A DNA stretch of 32,000 bases from Wallemia ichthyophaga EXF-994 (Eukaryota > Fungi > Basidiomycota), in contig NW_008806274.1 in the NCBI RefSeq assembly GCF_000400465.1, positions 300,244 to 332,243 on the forward strand. Reading direction: 5' to 3'. The notes beneath the pieces were generated by a model, which saw nothing but the letters and a program-made list of their open reading frames with translations, made no database searches and had not been told where the DNA came from. This document shows positions 1 to 9,693 of this stretch, piece by piece; position 1 is the first letter of the stretch; every line of letters begins with the position of its first letter. The position numbers were made by a program, and so were the translations under genes.

Positions 1-381
1 ATCTCCTCATTCATCCGTGCATTCTCCTCGAGTAATTGCGTGCAAAGCTGATCCAGTTCGCTCTTCAACATCTTGGATCGTTGAGAGTTGTTGATCTTGA
101 CGAGCGTGTGATTCTATTGGAAAAGTTAAACAATTAGACGCGTGCGGGGATCGAATTGCCCAACTCACAGCTTCCATTCTGAACGAGGCTTTTGTGTTGT
201 TTGGGCGCTTCTTTGTAGTATTCTCTGACCTCTTTCTTTTGTGAAGGTGGGAGTTGGTGATGTTTGTCAAATCGTTCATGACTGCAGGAGCAACAGCGGA
301 AGCAGGCGTGTGCGCTGGATCTGCGCCATCGGCAGCGCCCATTGCATAACCAAAATCTTTTGCACCATTTTGCAAACTCAT
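1..381 (-). CDS. Shugoshin (Sgo1)-like protein, N-terminal part; runs off the left edge
   Basis: ATG at 381. Intron GTGAGT(168)..CTAAT..AATAG(114) joins to give ..FRMEA|NHTLVKINNSQRSKMLKSELDQLCTQLLEENARMNEE, which resembles the shugoshin N-terminal coiled coil (N.E..K.NS....R..E.....LL.EN..L.E pattern, recalled). Confidence 0.55.
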
Positions 382-813
382 AGTTGATGTTGCGAGTAGA
401 GGAACGCGAAGCGTGAGGCGTGAGGCGTGAAGCAGATGCGGTGCACGCGCTTAAGCTACGCATGACGAATCAAGCAGTAAAAGCACGAGGATATCGTGCA
501 AATACAGCGCAATTCGCCGTGTGAAGTGTTGCGCTTCCTTATTTCCCATCGCTGCTCCGACGCATTTGTGCATATCTTGGCCCATGACGATCACGACAAT
601 CTTGGCGATCTTGGTGATCACGAGGAAGTTGTGCTGATAACGTAAGTCACCTATCGTTTACATATGATGTGCACCACATGCCTATACAATCGCCAAAGTA
701 ATAGCCCTGTACATTTATATGAATACGATGAACAGCGTTCATTGCAAGTGCAAGTGTAAATGTAAATGCTAATAGCATAGCCGGTAAGACCTTTTATGGT
801 GAGTGTGAGAAAA

Positions 814-1962
814 TTAAGCAATAAATTGTTTGGGCTGCCGCAGGGCTGCTATTATTATCACTGATTCCAGAATTTGGGTTTGAGATAGGTGAGATAGGTC
901 AGACTCGTACGAGAAGAAAAGTAAAAAACGTAAAGAGAAGTAGAGGGAAATAAAGGTTAATGAAAACAGGGTGTAATGTATGCCTAGTAACGCACTGTGA
1001 CACACTGTGACATTCTGGCGAGAAGACCTTGACATCATCAAATCCACAACGCCAAACAGGACAGTGTCAAGTAGAGCTAATATAGCCACCCTATCTCCCT
1101 ATTGAACACTATCTCCGGTGCAACTAATCTGCCAACCTGCCAGCTGGCAAGATTTGCACCGTATCCGTAACCTTTGATTTGAGGAGATGCGCGGAAATCT
1201 CCATAAGCTGACCATATCCTCACACTTCTGCACCCTCGATGAACTTAATTCACTCGGTGCCGTCTCTCAATTAAATGATGGTGTTAGCGTCCAAGCTCAT
1301 GTGCGCGCTTTGCGGTGCATTTTCTCGAAAATAACACGTGGGGCGGACGTGTATGAATTAGGAATATGCGGAGAAGCCGTATGTATGGTTAATAAGCGGT
1401 CAATGAAGAAGGAAAAATTGCCGCCTCCCCTTCTTCGACACAATTCTCTCCACCTATATTCAAATTCAGTACGAGACGCGTTGGAGTGAGCAGGAGGATA
1501 GCAGAGAATAGTGTCGAGGGTTTTTTTTGGTCTGCTGTAGCATCACTGGGCACTTTGTAAAGATTTACTGGTCTCATCATAGAGTGTATCATGTGGTTAA
1601 AGAGTATGTGATGATAGAGGTGATTAGATAATACCGTGAACAGCATTTTCACAATGCATGCCAAGACATATGGAGCGATTGCTTTTGGTGGATACAGACT
1701 CATCTTATCCCCATCAGAGAAGATACTATCATCGTTTGCTTTGATGGAGGAAGAAGGAGGCTACAAGCGTAAACCCAAGAAGCAACCAATCCTCTTATGT
1801 CATTGTTAGCCTTTCAGCGATGTCAATTCAGCCAGTTACGGACTGATAAGTTGAGTGCCGAAAGCGATGAGATATACTACACCAATCTGTGTCATTAGAA
1901 GTCTACCGTTTCTGCTGAGAAATTGAGATAGCCAGAGTGGACAATTGGCACGACGAAGACCC
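814..1962 (-). pseudogene. Probable decayed multi-exon gene of unknown family, possibly a membrane protein
   Basis: Protein-like frames broken by single stops, with two plausible frame-preserving introns (1839-1794 GTAACT..GCTAAC..TAAG; 1337-1266 GTGTTA..GCTAAC..TTGAG). No intact ORF can be assembled. Confidence 0.3.
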
Positions 1963-2510
1963 TACCGATCCGGATAAATGCGTATGAGTTTCCAATAATA
2001 GTATGCTAATACACCAGCTGCAAATCCTGAGTTTTTAAGAGATCTACGGGCTGGACACGATCAGCATCCGGCTGACCGTGATGATCAGCAATTTAGCAAT
2101 GAACCTCGGAACCACCAGGTCACACTGAGAATATACGCGCGACGCCATTCAAAGCAGATGCGCCAATGTAAAAGCTGCGAGTATATGTTTGTGTTCATTA
2201 CCTGCCACTCATGAGATGGACGAGCACGCTAAGCCGGCAGCGAATGAGGAGAAACGCGCCAAGGCAAGCGTGCTAATTGCAAGAGTGCCCTTACTCATAA
2301 ATGCACTCACGCAAATACCCATCATACATTATCTGCGTGCAAGGAGACAGTGGAAGGTGATGAAAATATTCAGCGTTTCAAACGAAGTAATTATATCTAC
2401 GCTAGCAGTGAGGGAGAACAAAACAATCAATCAACATTTCACAGACACACACACAGGCTCTAGTCAAGCTCAATCATGCAACACGCCCTTCTATCACCTA
2501 AACCATCATT

Positions 2511-3498
2511 ATGTCATTTCGACGATTTCCTCAATATCGACGATTCCGAGGCGGAGGAAGCTCGCGAGGCCAGCAGCACACACTAATAGCATCCGGACTC
2601 GGGGTGAGTGCTGCAGGCTACTACTTCTACCACCTCCATCCCAATGCCGCGGGACGGTATCGGTTCATAGACGTGAGCCAGCAGCAGGAGGTCCGCGCCG
2701 GTGACGAGGCATTTAGAGAGCTGCTGCGTCAATACAGCGCGTCTATTCTTCCCTCCCACCACCCTACCACTGTGTACGTGCGAGACATCGCCAAGCGCAT
2801 CATACGGGCATCTGGTGCACTCCATCCACACACCAAAGAGTATAATTGGCAAGTTTACGTCGTACATTCGAGTACAAAAAACGCAATGGTGCTGCCTGGT
2901 GGCAAGATATTTGTGTTCGACGGACTCCTCCCAATCACAAAGACTGCAGATGGACTGGCTAATGTAATAGGACATGAGTGTGCCCACCAATACCTCCGTC
3001 ACAGCGGAGAGAGGATGAGTTTCATGAAGGTGTTCATCGGTCTCGCCATCGCCCTCCAGGCTGTCGGAATTGACTTTGGTCTCTCAAACGCCCTAATGAA
3101 GGTCGTCCTAGAGCTGCCTAACTCGCGCAAAGCTGAGTATGAAGCTGACCAGGTGGGTATGGATGTCGCCGCGCGCGCTTGCTTCGATCCTGCAGAGGCT
3201 GTACGGTGGGTAGAGATTAACGCTGTGTATCCTTCTAACACGCTTACAGCGTCTGGCAGAGGATGTCGCAGGCTGAAAGCAGCGGCGGCAGTGGTGGTGC
3301 TATGGACTTCCTCTCCACACATCCTGGCCACGAAAACCGCATCGAAAGGCTGAGAGAGTTCCTTCCTAAGGTGGGCAATGGCGGTATGCACTGCCGATCG
3401 CTTACTGACACACTGAACAGGCAAAAAAGATTTTTGACGACAGCGAATGTCAGCAGATGAGTAGCTTTCGCAGGTCCACCTTTAGTGCATTTATGTAG
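2511..3498 (+). CDS. OMA1: Mitochondrial M48 metalloendopeptidase Oma1
   Basis: KNAMVLPGGKIFVFDGLL, HECAH (HExxH), LPNSRKAEYEADQVG, FLSTHP motifs. Introns 3206-3249 and 3371-3420; stop TAG 3496-3498. Confidence 0.93.
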
Positions 3499-3571
3499 TA
3501 CGATAATAAAGTTATAGAAGTGTATATTTGTGTATATTAGACTGCATAGATTAGACTGCATGTAAACATAT

Positions 3572-5885
3572 CTACGACGCATTTTGTTCCTTTATAGCCA
3601 GAATAATTGGTGTGAGCAAATTACTTGTGACGACAGCGGCGACCAAGAAAAGGAGAGAGGCGAGAAGAGGGCCGTAGAGGCTAAGCCAGCTTTCCTCCAC
3701 TTTGATATCCGGGTTGTGCAGTGTAAGTGTAGCCTCTTCTTCCTCCTCAGTCGTCCAATAAACAGACTGTTTTTCCTTATTATAGGTGTAAGACCCGCCC
3801 GACACCTCCACTGCCAAGCTGGCAAAGTAGTGTGAAGGAACATATATCTCTGTTGTGCCTTTCCTCGCAGCCATCCTGAGAGTATATTTGCGCAAACTGA
3901 CGAGGTACTCCGTGCATAACACCTCTCCGCTCACTTTACAGGCGTACGGCCGAATCCACACGTCAGGAATGCGCAGGCCGTCTGTAAGGGATTTTGATTG
4001 TGAGTTTGAGTGTGCACTGCGAGCGCTTTTTGAAAACAAGCTAAAATTCTCTCCGCTGTTACCAGTCAGTCATATGAGCAACGCACGTAACAACAAAGCG
4101 ACTCACTTCCACACATCACCGTCTTCATCCGTATTATCGGGGTTGTAATTCCACAGGGTGTATCCGACGGCGTGAGTTTCCAGAGCGGAGATAAGCGCAT
4201 CGAGGGCAGCTCTGTGGTGCTGAGGGGAGTATTAGCGGCGCTAGCTCCGTAAAAACACCACAATCCAGCATAACTCACCCTCCATTCTCCCTGATACTGT
4301 CCCTCACCGTTGTTGATGTCCATCGGGATGCCCGTCTCTCCAAAGAATATTGGCAGCGCGCCTAGAGTTCTTCTTGTCTCACGCACTATGCGTCCAATTT
4401 GCACGCTGTAGTTCTTCCTCAGACCCGCATCACCGATGTATAGAGCATTCCAGATCATCATCCCCTGCAGTGAGTGAGTGAGTGAGTGAGTGTGAGTGGG
4501 AGTGTAAGGAGGGAGCATGTGCATGACACGCCAAAGCACCAACCCACCCTTGCCAATCCCTGTACATTCACAGACCACCACGTTCCCACTTTCTTGAAGA
4601 GCATGTTAAGATCATACCAATGAGGGCTAGCGATGAGGTTATGTGGGCGAAGAAGTGCGGGGACGTGTGGGAAGAATTCATTCGGAATGGGTTCAACGAC
4701 ATTCCACAACTGGCCATTGTACGCAGCTTTACTGATGCCATCTGCAAAGGAGCGCGCAAAGGGCCAATAGAAGTCGCGATACCATTCCACCCGCTCACGA
4801 GAGACGGGGTTAAACTGAAAGTAGTTCTGGCGCAAGACGACAGGTTTTTCTTTGTCACTGCTCCACGCCCACACGCCCTCATTCAACCACGGGCAGCATC
4901 GCGTGTCCTGAAACGCCTTGCGACGCGGCGTGATGTGTCTCTCGCCCGTCTTGCGTGTGGGGAAGGGGAAGGAGCGTTCATAGTACGCGACGCTGACGGG
5001 GTATCCCATCCCCAGCGCCATGCCTTGCACGGGCGAAGGTACATGTGCTATGTGTAGATCGGTGTTGTAGTTCCATCTTTCAAAGGAGTCTAGTTCAATA
5101 TACCCTCTGTGTGGCTCGTTGATGAGATCGAACGCGAGCACAGCGTGTGATGGAGAGAGATATCGCGCTAATTCTGCGTATGCCCTGATATACGCTTCTT
5201 GGAAGACGTGCTGTATGTTACGACCATCGATAGTAAGACCTGGAGCGAAAACACTTCCCGCCCAGAAGAGAGTGGCGAGTGTGGCTGCACAGCTCTTCTG
5301 GTAGCCACTTGGCCATACACCCTCCTCTAGCCCGTCACCAGGCTGGGCAGACCAGTTGGAACCTTTCTGATGGCGCAGCGGGTAGTGATATGCAGCGGCG
5401 GCGTCGTCAAGATGACGTAAATCATATCCAGCCATTGTGACTGTCCAGGCTGGTGCACCGCTGCCGCCAGTGACGCGCGACCAGATGTCTTGGTGCGCGT
5501 CAATGATGATGCGCATGCCGTGCTGCTCAATTACCCCGCACAGCTTTTTGAGATATTCCATGTACGCGTAGTCGTACTTTCCCAGCCCCGCATGCTCGAG
5601 AGCTTCCCAGGTGACGAGAAGACGGAGGATGGTGTGGCCGGCGTTGCGCAGTTTGGTGAGGTGGTACGCGGCGTCTGGGAGAGCGAAGGGGCGATTAATG
5701 AAAGAGGCGTTTGCGCTGTCGAAAAAGTCTTCTGCGTCGTCGTGCGTTTGATTTGAAGGGAGCTTAGAGCCGCCAGAGAGATTGACACCGCGGAGATAGC
5801 AATTGCGGTTGAATTGGTCGGAGATGTTTGCACCGTTTATACGCAGATCAATTCCAGTCCAGTCAGCAGCACCTAGATCACTCAT
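3572..5885 (-). CDS. Glycoside hydrolase family 5, endoglycoceramidase-related (EGCrP/Egh1-like steryl-glucosidase or glucosylceramidase), with C-terminal hydrophobic anchor
   Basis: LRGVNLSGGSKLP, LRLLVTWEALEH, IDAHQDIWSRVTGGSGAP, acid/base INEPH, nucleophile FFGETGIP, WNYNPDN, NGENFS. Three introns, the first 4547-4465. ATG at 5885; the 5939 start in the track is TTG. Confidence 0.9.
4470..4500. repeat. (GTGA)n / (TCAC)n microsatellite in the 3' part of the first GH5 intron
   Basis: GTGA x5 followed by degenerate copies, immediately before the minus-strand acceptor CTGCAG at 4465. Confidence 0.85.
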
Positions 5886-5928
5886 CGACGTCGCTGATAA
5901 AGAGGGAAATGGATCGATGAGAAATAAA

Positions 5929-6564
5929 TTACAAGTCAATTACGCGCACACCGTCTCTTGTTACTAGCCTCGCTTTCCAGCCACCTGGATTCACAATCAG
6001 GCGCTTCTCCACCTCGTCTGTGGCTCTCTTCATGAGCTGTATGCCGGCATCGAGGTCCATGTCTGGTTTGTGGTAGCGGTCAAAGGTGGAGGTTGCGAAG
6101 AAGGCTGTTGTATGTTAGTTGAATGCACGCAGCGAGATTCGAACGCCGAACCCACAAGCGTATCCATGGCATGCATACGGTACGTGTGCCAGAGTGCCCA
6201 AGTAATCCAACCAGAACAGAGCAGGTGTGTCCGAAGGCACGTCATAGCCCCCAAGCAGCAAATTTACAGCGTAAGGGTGTCTGCTACGCAATGAATCTGC
6301 CAATTGGCGTCTAATCCACGAGGCAGCTGCCTTAGGCTGAAGCTCTATATCATGGCGCAGCGTGTACAACCTCAAATTACGCTCAACAAATTCAGCGAAC
6401 TGGAGGGTATCACCGCTTTCGCCGTTGAATGCCATAACCAAGTGCTCAGACAACTCACGCATCTTATCCTCGTCGTTCTTCATGCGTATAATCGACATGG
6501 CGGCGTTTGTATCGCTCACTATGAGCACGTAGTCCTTGCCTGTAAGTGCCAATTGCGATTCCAT
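5929..6564 (-). CDS. PRE1: 20S proteasome beta-4 subunit
   Basis: MESQLALTGKDYVLIVSD, GESGDTLQFAEF, LADSLRSRHPYAVNLLLGGYD, LFWLDYLGT. One intron (donor GTGGGT at 6155); last exon ..STFDRYHKPDM..EVEKRLIVNPGGWKARLVTRDGVRVIDL*. Confidence 0.95.
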
Positions 6565-6626
6565 TTTATTCTTTTGGCTGTTGGTTGTGGTGGTAAGAGA
6601 ATGACGCGGCGAGTAAGTCACCAGCC

Positions 6627-7109
6627 ATGACGAGCATGTCGAGCACAGAGGAACAAAGTCATTTCATCAGCTTGGCTCTAGCTGAGGCTGCTAAATGCCC
6701 CGTAGTCAGCGGTGCTTTCAGCGTTGGCTGTGTATTGGTACACAACCACTCTGTTATTTCCACTGGCTTCTCGAGAGAGCTGCAAGGCAACACGCATGCT
6801 GAGGCAAACGCTATTGATAAGCTTGAAGACCACTCTATCCTTCCCCATGTCGACCTTTACACAACCCTAGAGCCATGCACCGTACGCACTTCCGGCCTAC
6901 ACCCCTGCACAGCCACAATTATACAGAAGGGCATAAAAAGAGTCTTTATAGGCGCAAGTGAGCCACCGGATTTCGTCGTCTGCGAGGGCGTCAATCAGCT
7001 CAGACAGGCCGCCATCGACGTCATTTTCGTCGATAGCACCTCGTACACTAAAAGTACTGGCAGAATCCTGGGAGAGGATTGTCTGGCAGCTGCTAGGAGA
7101 GGAGAGTAG
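6627..7109 (+). CDS. Stand-alone zinc-dependent CDA-fold deaminase resembling the Rib2 DRAP-deaminase domain
   Basis: AFSVGCVLV, STGFSRELQGNTHAEANA (HAE), LYTTLEPCTVRTSGLHPC (PCxnC). Intronless, 160 aa. Confidence 0.85.
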   Translation: MTSMSSTEEQSHFISLALAEAAKCPVVSGAFSVGCVLVHNHSVISTGFSRELQGNTHAEANAIDKLEDHSILPHVDLYTTLEPCTVRTSGLHPCTATIIQKGIKRVFIGASEPPDFVVCEGVNQLRQAAIDVIFVDSTSYTKSTGRILGEDCLAAARRGE

Positions 7110-7192
7110 TTATATGTACAATTGATTAAAATGTTACAATGCTATAAACTGTATTCTCTAGAGGTACACGAGGTACACGAGTTACAGTATCA

Positions 7193-9150
7193 TTATCGCT
7201 GTGTTCTAATATCATCGCTATCTTGGTCATCGCTGTTTTCGTTATCTCTCGACACGTTTCTGCTCGATGAAGCAGCCGCATTGCCATGAGATCGCAGAGT
7301 ATCTATGGAAGTGTAAGTATTTAGGGCGTGGTCGAAGTGTCTATCGAGGGTGTGGGGGTGTGAGTGCGAGTGTGAGTAGGATATTCTATCCACATCCACT
7401 TCTTCACTACCACTCAAATCCTCCAAATCGCCAAGACTGTCGAAGCTCCCGCGAGACTGAGACTGTGTCTGTCTCAATCCAGCGTGAGTCTCAAGAATAT
7501 TATGTCTCTGGTCGAGATGAAAATCCCGAATGAATCGACTAGCCATGATCGGAATTACAGAGAGCAGAGCTGCAGGTAATACGAGTAGTTTCATGTTGCT
7601 GCTGAACGCCTCTGCCATTTTACTCCTCTCTACCGCCCCCAACAGTCTAGTTTGGGAGGGATCTCCAATATACCGCGCCACATCCTCAGCCGAGAAGTGG
7701 GGGAGGAGTGTTTTAATGAATCTTGGTAAATACTGCACATTTATTGCCGATGCAATAGACTGGCCTGTGACATTACCCATTTCTGCAAATAGTAACACAC
7801 TCGCGGTGGCCATGGCAAGATCACTTCCCTGCACGGCTCCTTGCGCCCCCACTTGCGTAGCAACAGCCACAATCCCCCCGCCTGCACCCTGCAGGATCTG
7901 CGTCAATGCTAGCATAGCTGGTGTGGGGTGGTTGCGTGCATACAGCATGAGCGTGATACCGATGAGTCTGTGATTGTTGTAAGTACATAATTACCATCTG
8001 AAATACCACCCAGCACGCACCTCACAACCAACGCTACACTCACCGACGCCTTCCATCTGATCTGCCAGATGAAGGCTACCACCGACCACGTAATCGCGCT
8101 GAATGTCATCGTCAGCGCCTGTGTGTAGATGTAGTAGTTGATGTCTTGCGTACTCCAGTCTGTTACGACTTGCACAAAGTATAGCAGTTGGGAAAAGGCC
8201 ATATAGAACGACGTGAAGTCGAAATAGTTGATTATGCAAACCACTGCTATAGTCCTATTCTTGAGGAAACGGAGAGGGAGGACGGGGTGTCTAGCGCAAT
8301 AGGTCTCCCAGTAAAGGAAGGCAGGAATTATAATAGCCACACCGGCGACAAGCATCGAGGGTATAGTCACACCATCCCACTTGAGATTATCCACCTGGTT
8401 AGCCAGGATGATGGGCAGGAATATGTACACTAGCGCGCTGATGAGGAGATAGAGGCCAACAATATCCACATCCGACAAGAAGCGGACGAGGCGTTTGGTG
8501 GATGGTGGGGAGATTGAGAGCGAATGAGACAGCGTCTGAGAAGGCTTGGGAAGGAGATTGGCGGAGGAAGAGGTAGACTTGCTATTGCGCAGCCTAATAC
8601 GCCGCTGTTGAAATGACAAAGTGACAACAAGCGGCAACAAGGCGGGTATATAAGCCAAGGCAAAAAAAACAAAGCCCCAACGCCAATTATGAGTAAAGTA
8701 GTTTGAAATCTGGCCATTAAAGTAGAAGAGAATGAAAAACCAGCCAGAGTTTGTGATAACAGAGAAGAAAGAGCGGTATCTGAGAGACGTAGCGTCTGCT
8801 ATGACGACTTGGAGGGTGATATGGAAGCCAGAGACACCCATCTGCCATATACAGAGACCAAGGCCGAGAGAGGAAATAGAGTTGCTAAATGAGCAAATAG
8901 CATAGCCTGAAGATATGAGGAACATTGAGATAAAAAGGGATTTGGGTCTACCGATGACTTGGGACAACTTGCCGAAGAAAGGCTTGCCAGTGGCCAAGAG
9001 AATAGCGGTGATGGCAGTAACTGCATTTAAGCTGTGTGCCTTACCCAAGGAGGAAGCCGCGGATGTAGAAATGGTGATTGAAGTGCCATTATCCAAGTTA
9101 AAGAGGAAAGTAGCAATTAGAATAGACACGATAACAAATAAATTTATCAT
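7193..9150 (-). CDS. MFS 14-TMS siderophore-iron transporter (ARN/SIT/Mir family)
   Basis: LIATFLFNLDNGT, GKPFFGKLSQVIGRP, QVVIADATSLRYR, PVLPLRFLKNRT, TQILQGAGGG motifs. Intron 8020-7968 gives a 634-aa ORF. The protein begins directly at TM1. Confidence 0.88.
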
Positions 9151-9453
9151 TTTAAATTTATCTGCGATTTTAATTCATCTAACTGCTTAATAGCGTTTGA
9201 TAGTCGCTGTTCTGTATCAAGGACAAGCTTATTTGATTCTTGGATTAATTTTGTCTGTTTTGTAAGCATAGAAAGTTTTATAAACGCTAATACACACCTG
9301 ATTAGTCCTCTTCCACTCAGCGTTCTCATCACCGTCGACAACTTTATCCCTGGCAGCCACTCCCTGCTCAACTTCCTCTTTGTACATTTCTAACTCCTTT
9401 GTCAACCTCCTCACAACTCCCTCTCTTATCTTTAACTGTCTCTCGTTATCCAT
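9147..9453 (-). CDS. TBCA: Tubulin-specific chaperone A (cofactor A, Rbl2/Alp31), short 87-aa form
   Basis: RQLKIREGVVRRLTKELEMYKEE..AEW..Q|TKLIQESNKLVLDTEQRLSNAIKQL. Intron 9297-9255. Stop TGA 9149-9147 overlaps the transporter ATG. Confidence 0.85.
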
Positions 9454-9693
9454 CCTTACGTTATTTGATATGGTTTCTGTTTAAGCAGGATATGTCTCTC
9501 GTTTTGTATTTTCCTTTTTTTCACACTTTATATCTCAAATACACATCATCATCTATCGTTCTTGATTACTTTTACGGTCATCGCACTCCTCACAGTCTAT
9601 CCCCTTTTTCTCAAAATTTTCATTTCTTCACTCTACACCTATCACAATACATTATCAGGTAAATGTCAAATGCATATCCAAAACACATTAAGA

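Noticed and set aside
1187-1489. 100-aa plus-strand ORF
   Set aside because: No recognisable motif; it overlaps a more protein-like minus-strand frame and cannot be extended by plausible splicing.
2078-2128. Box C (GTGATGA) ... box D (CTGA) pair suggesting a C/D snoRNA
   Set aside because: Only about 50 nt, no terminal stem, and no rRNA-complementary guide that I could recognise. The similar minus-strand pair at 1580-1465 lies inside a protein-like frame.
1914-2135. CTGAGA motifs reminiscent of a fungal TPP riboswitch
   Set aside because: The required downstream CTTGATCTGGATAATACCAGCGAAAGG-type core is absent.
450-2500. Telomerase RNA, U3 or other snRNA as the explanation for the 2-kb ORF-poor region
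   Set aside because: No TAACCCTAA-type template, U3 box A or U1/U2 5' signature found by eye on either strand. An Rfam scan would be needed to exclude them fully.
9110-9146. RNA pseudoknot stimulating the putative -1 frameshift
   Set aside because: Only a weak AU-rich 5-bp hairpin (GAUAA/UUAUC) is visible, so it is not claimed as a stimulator.
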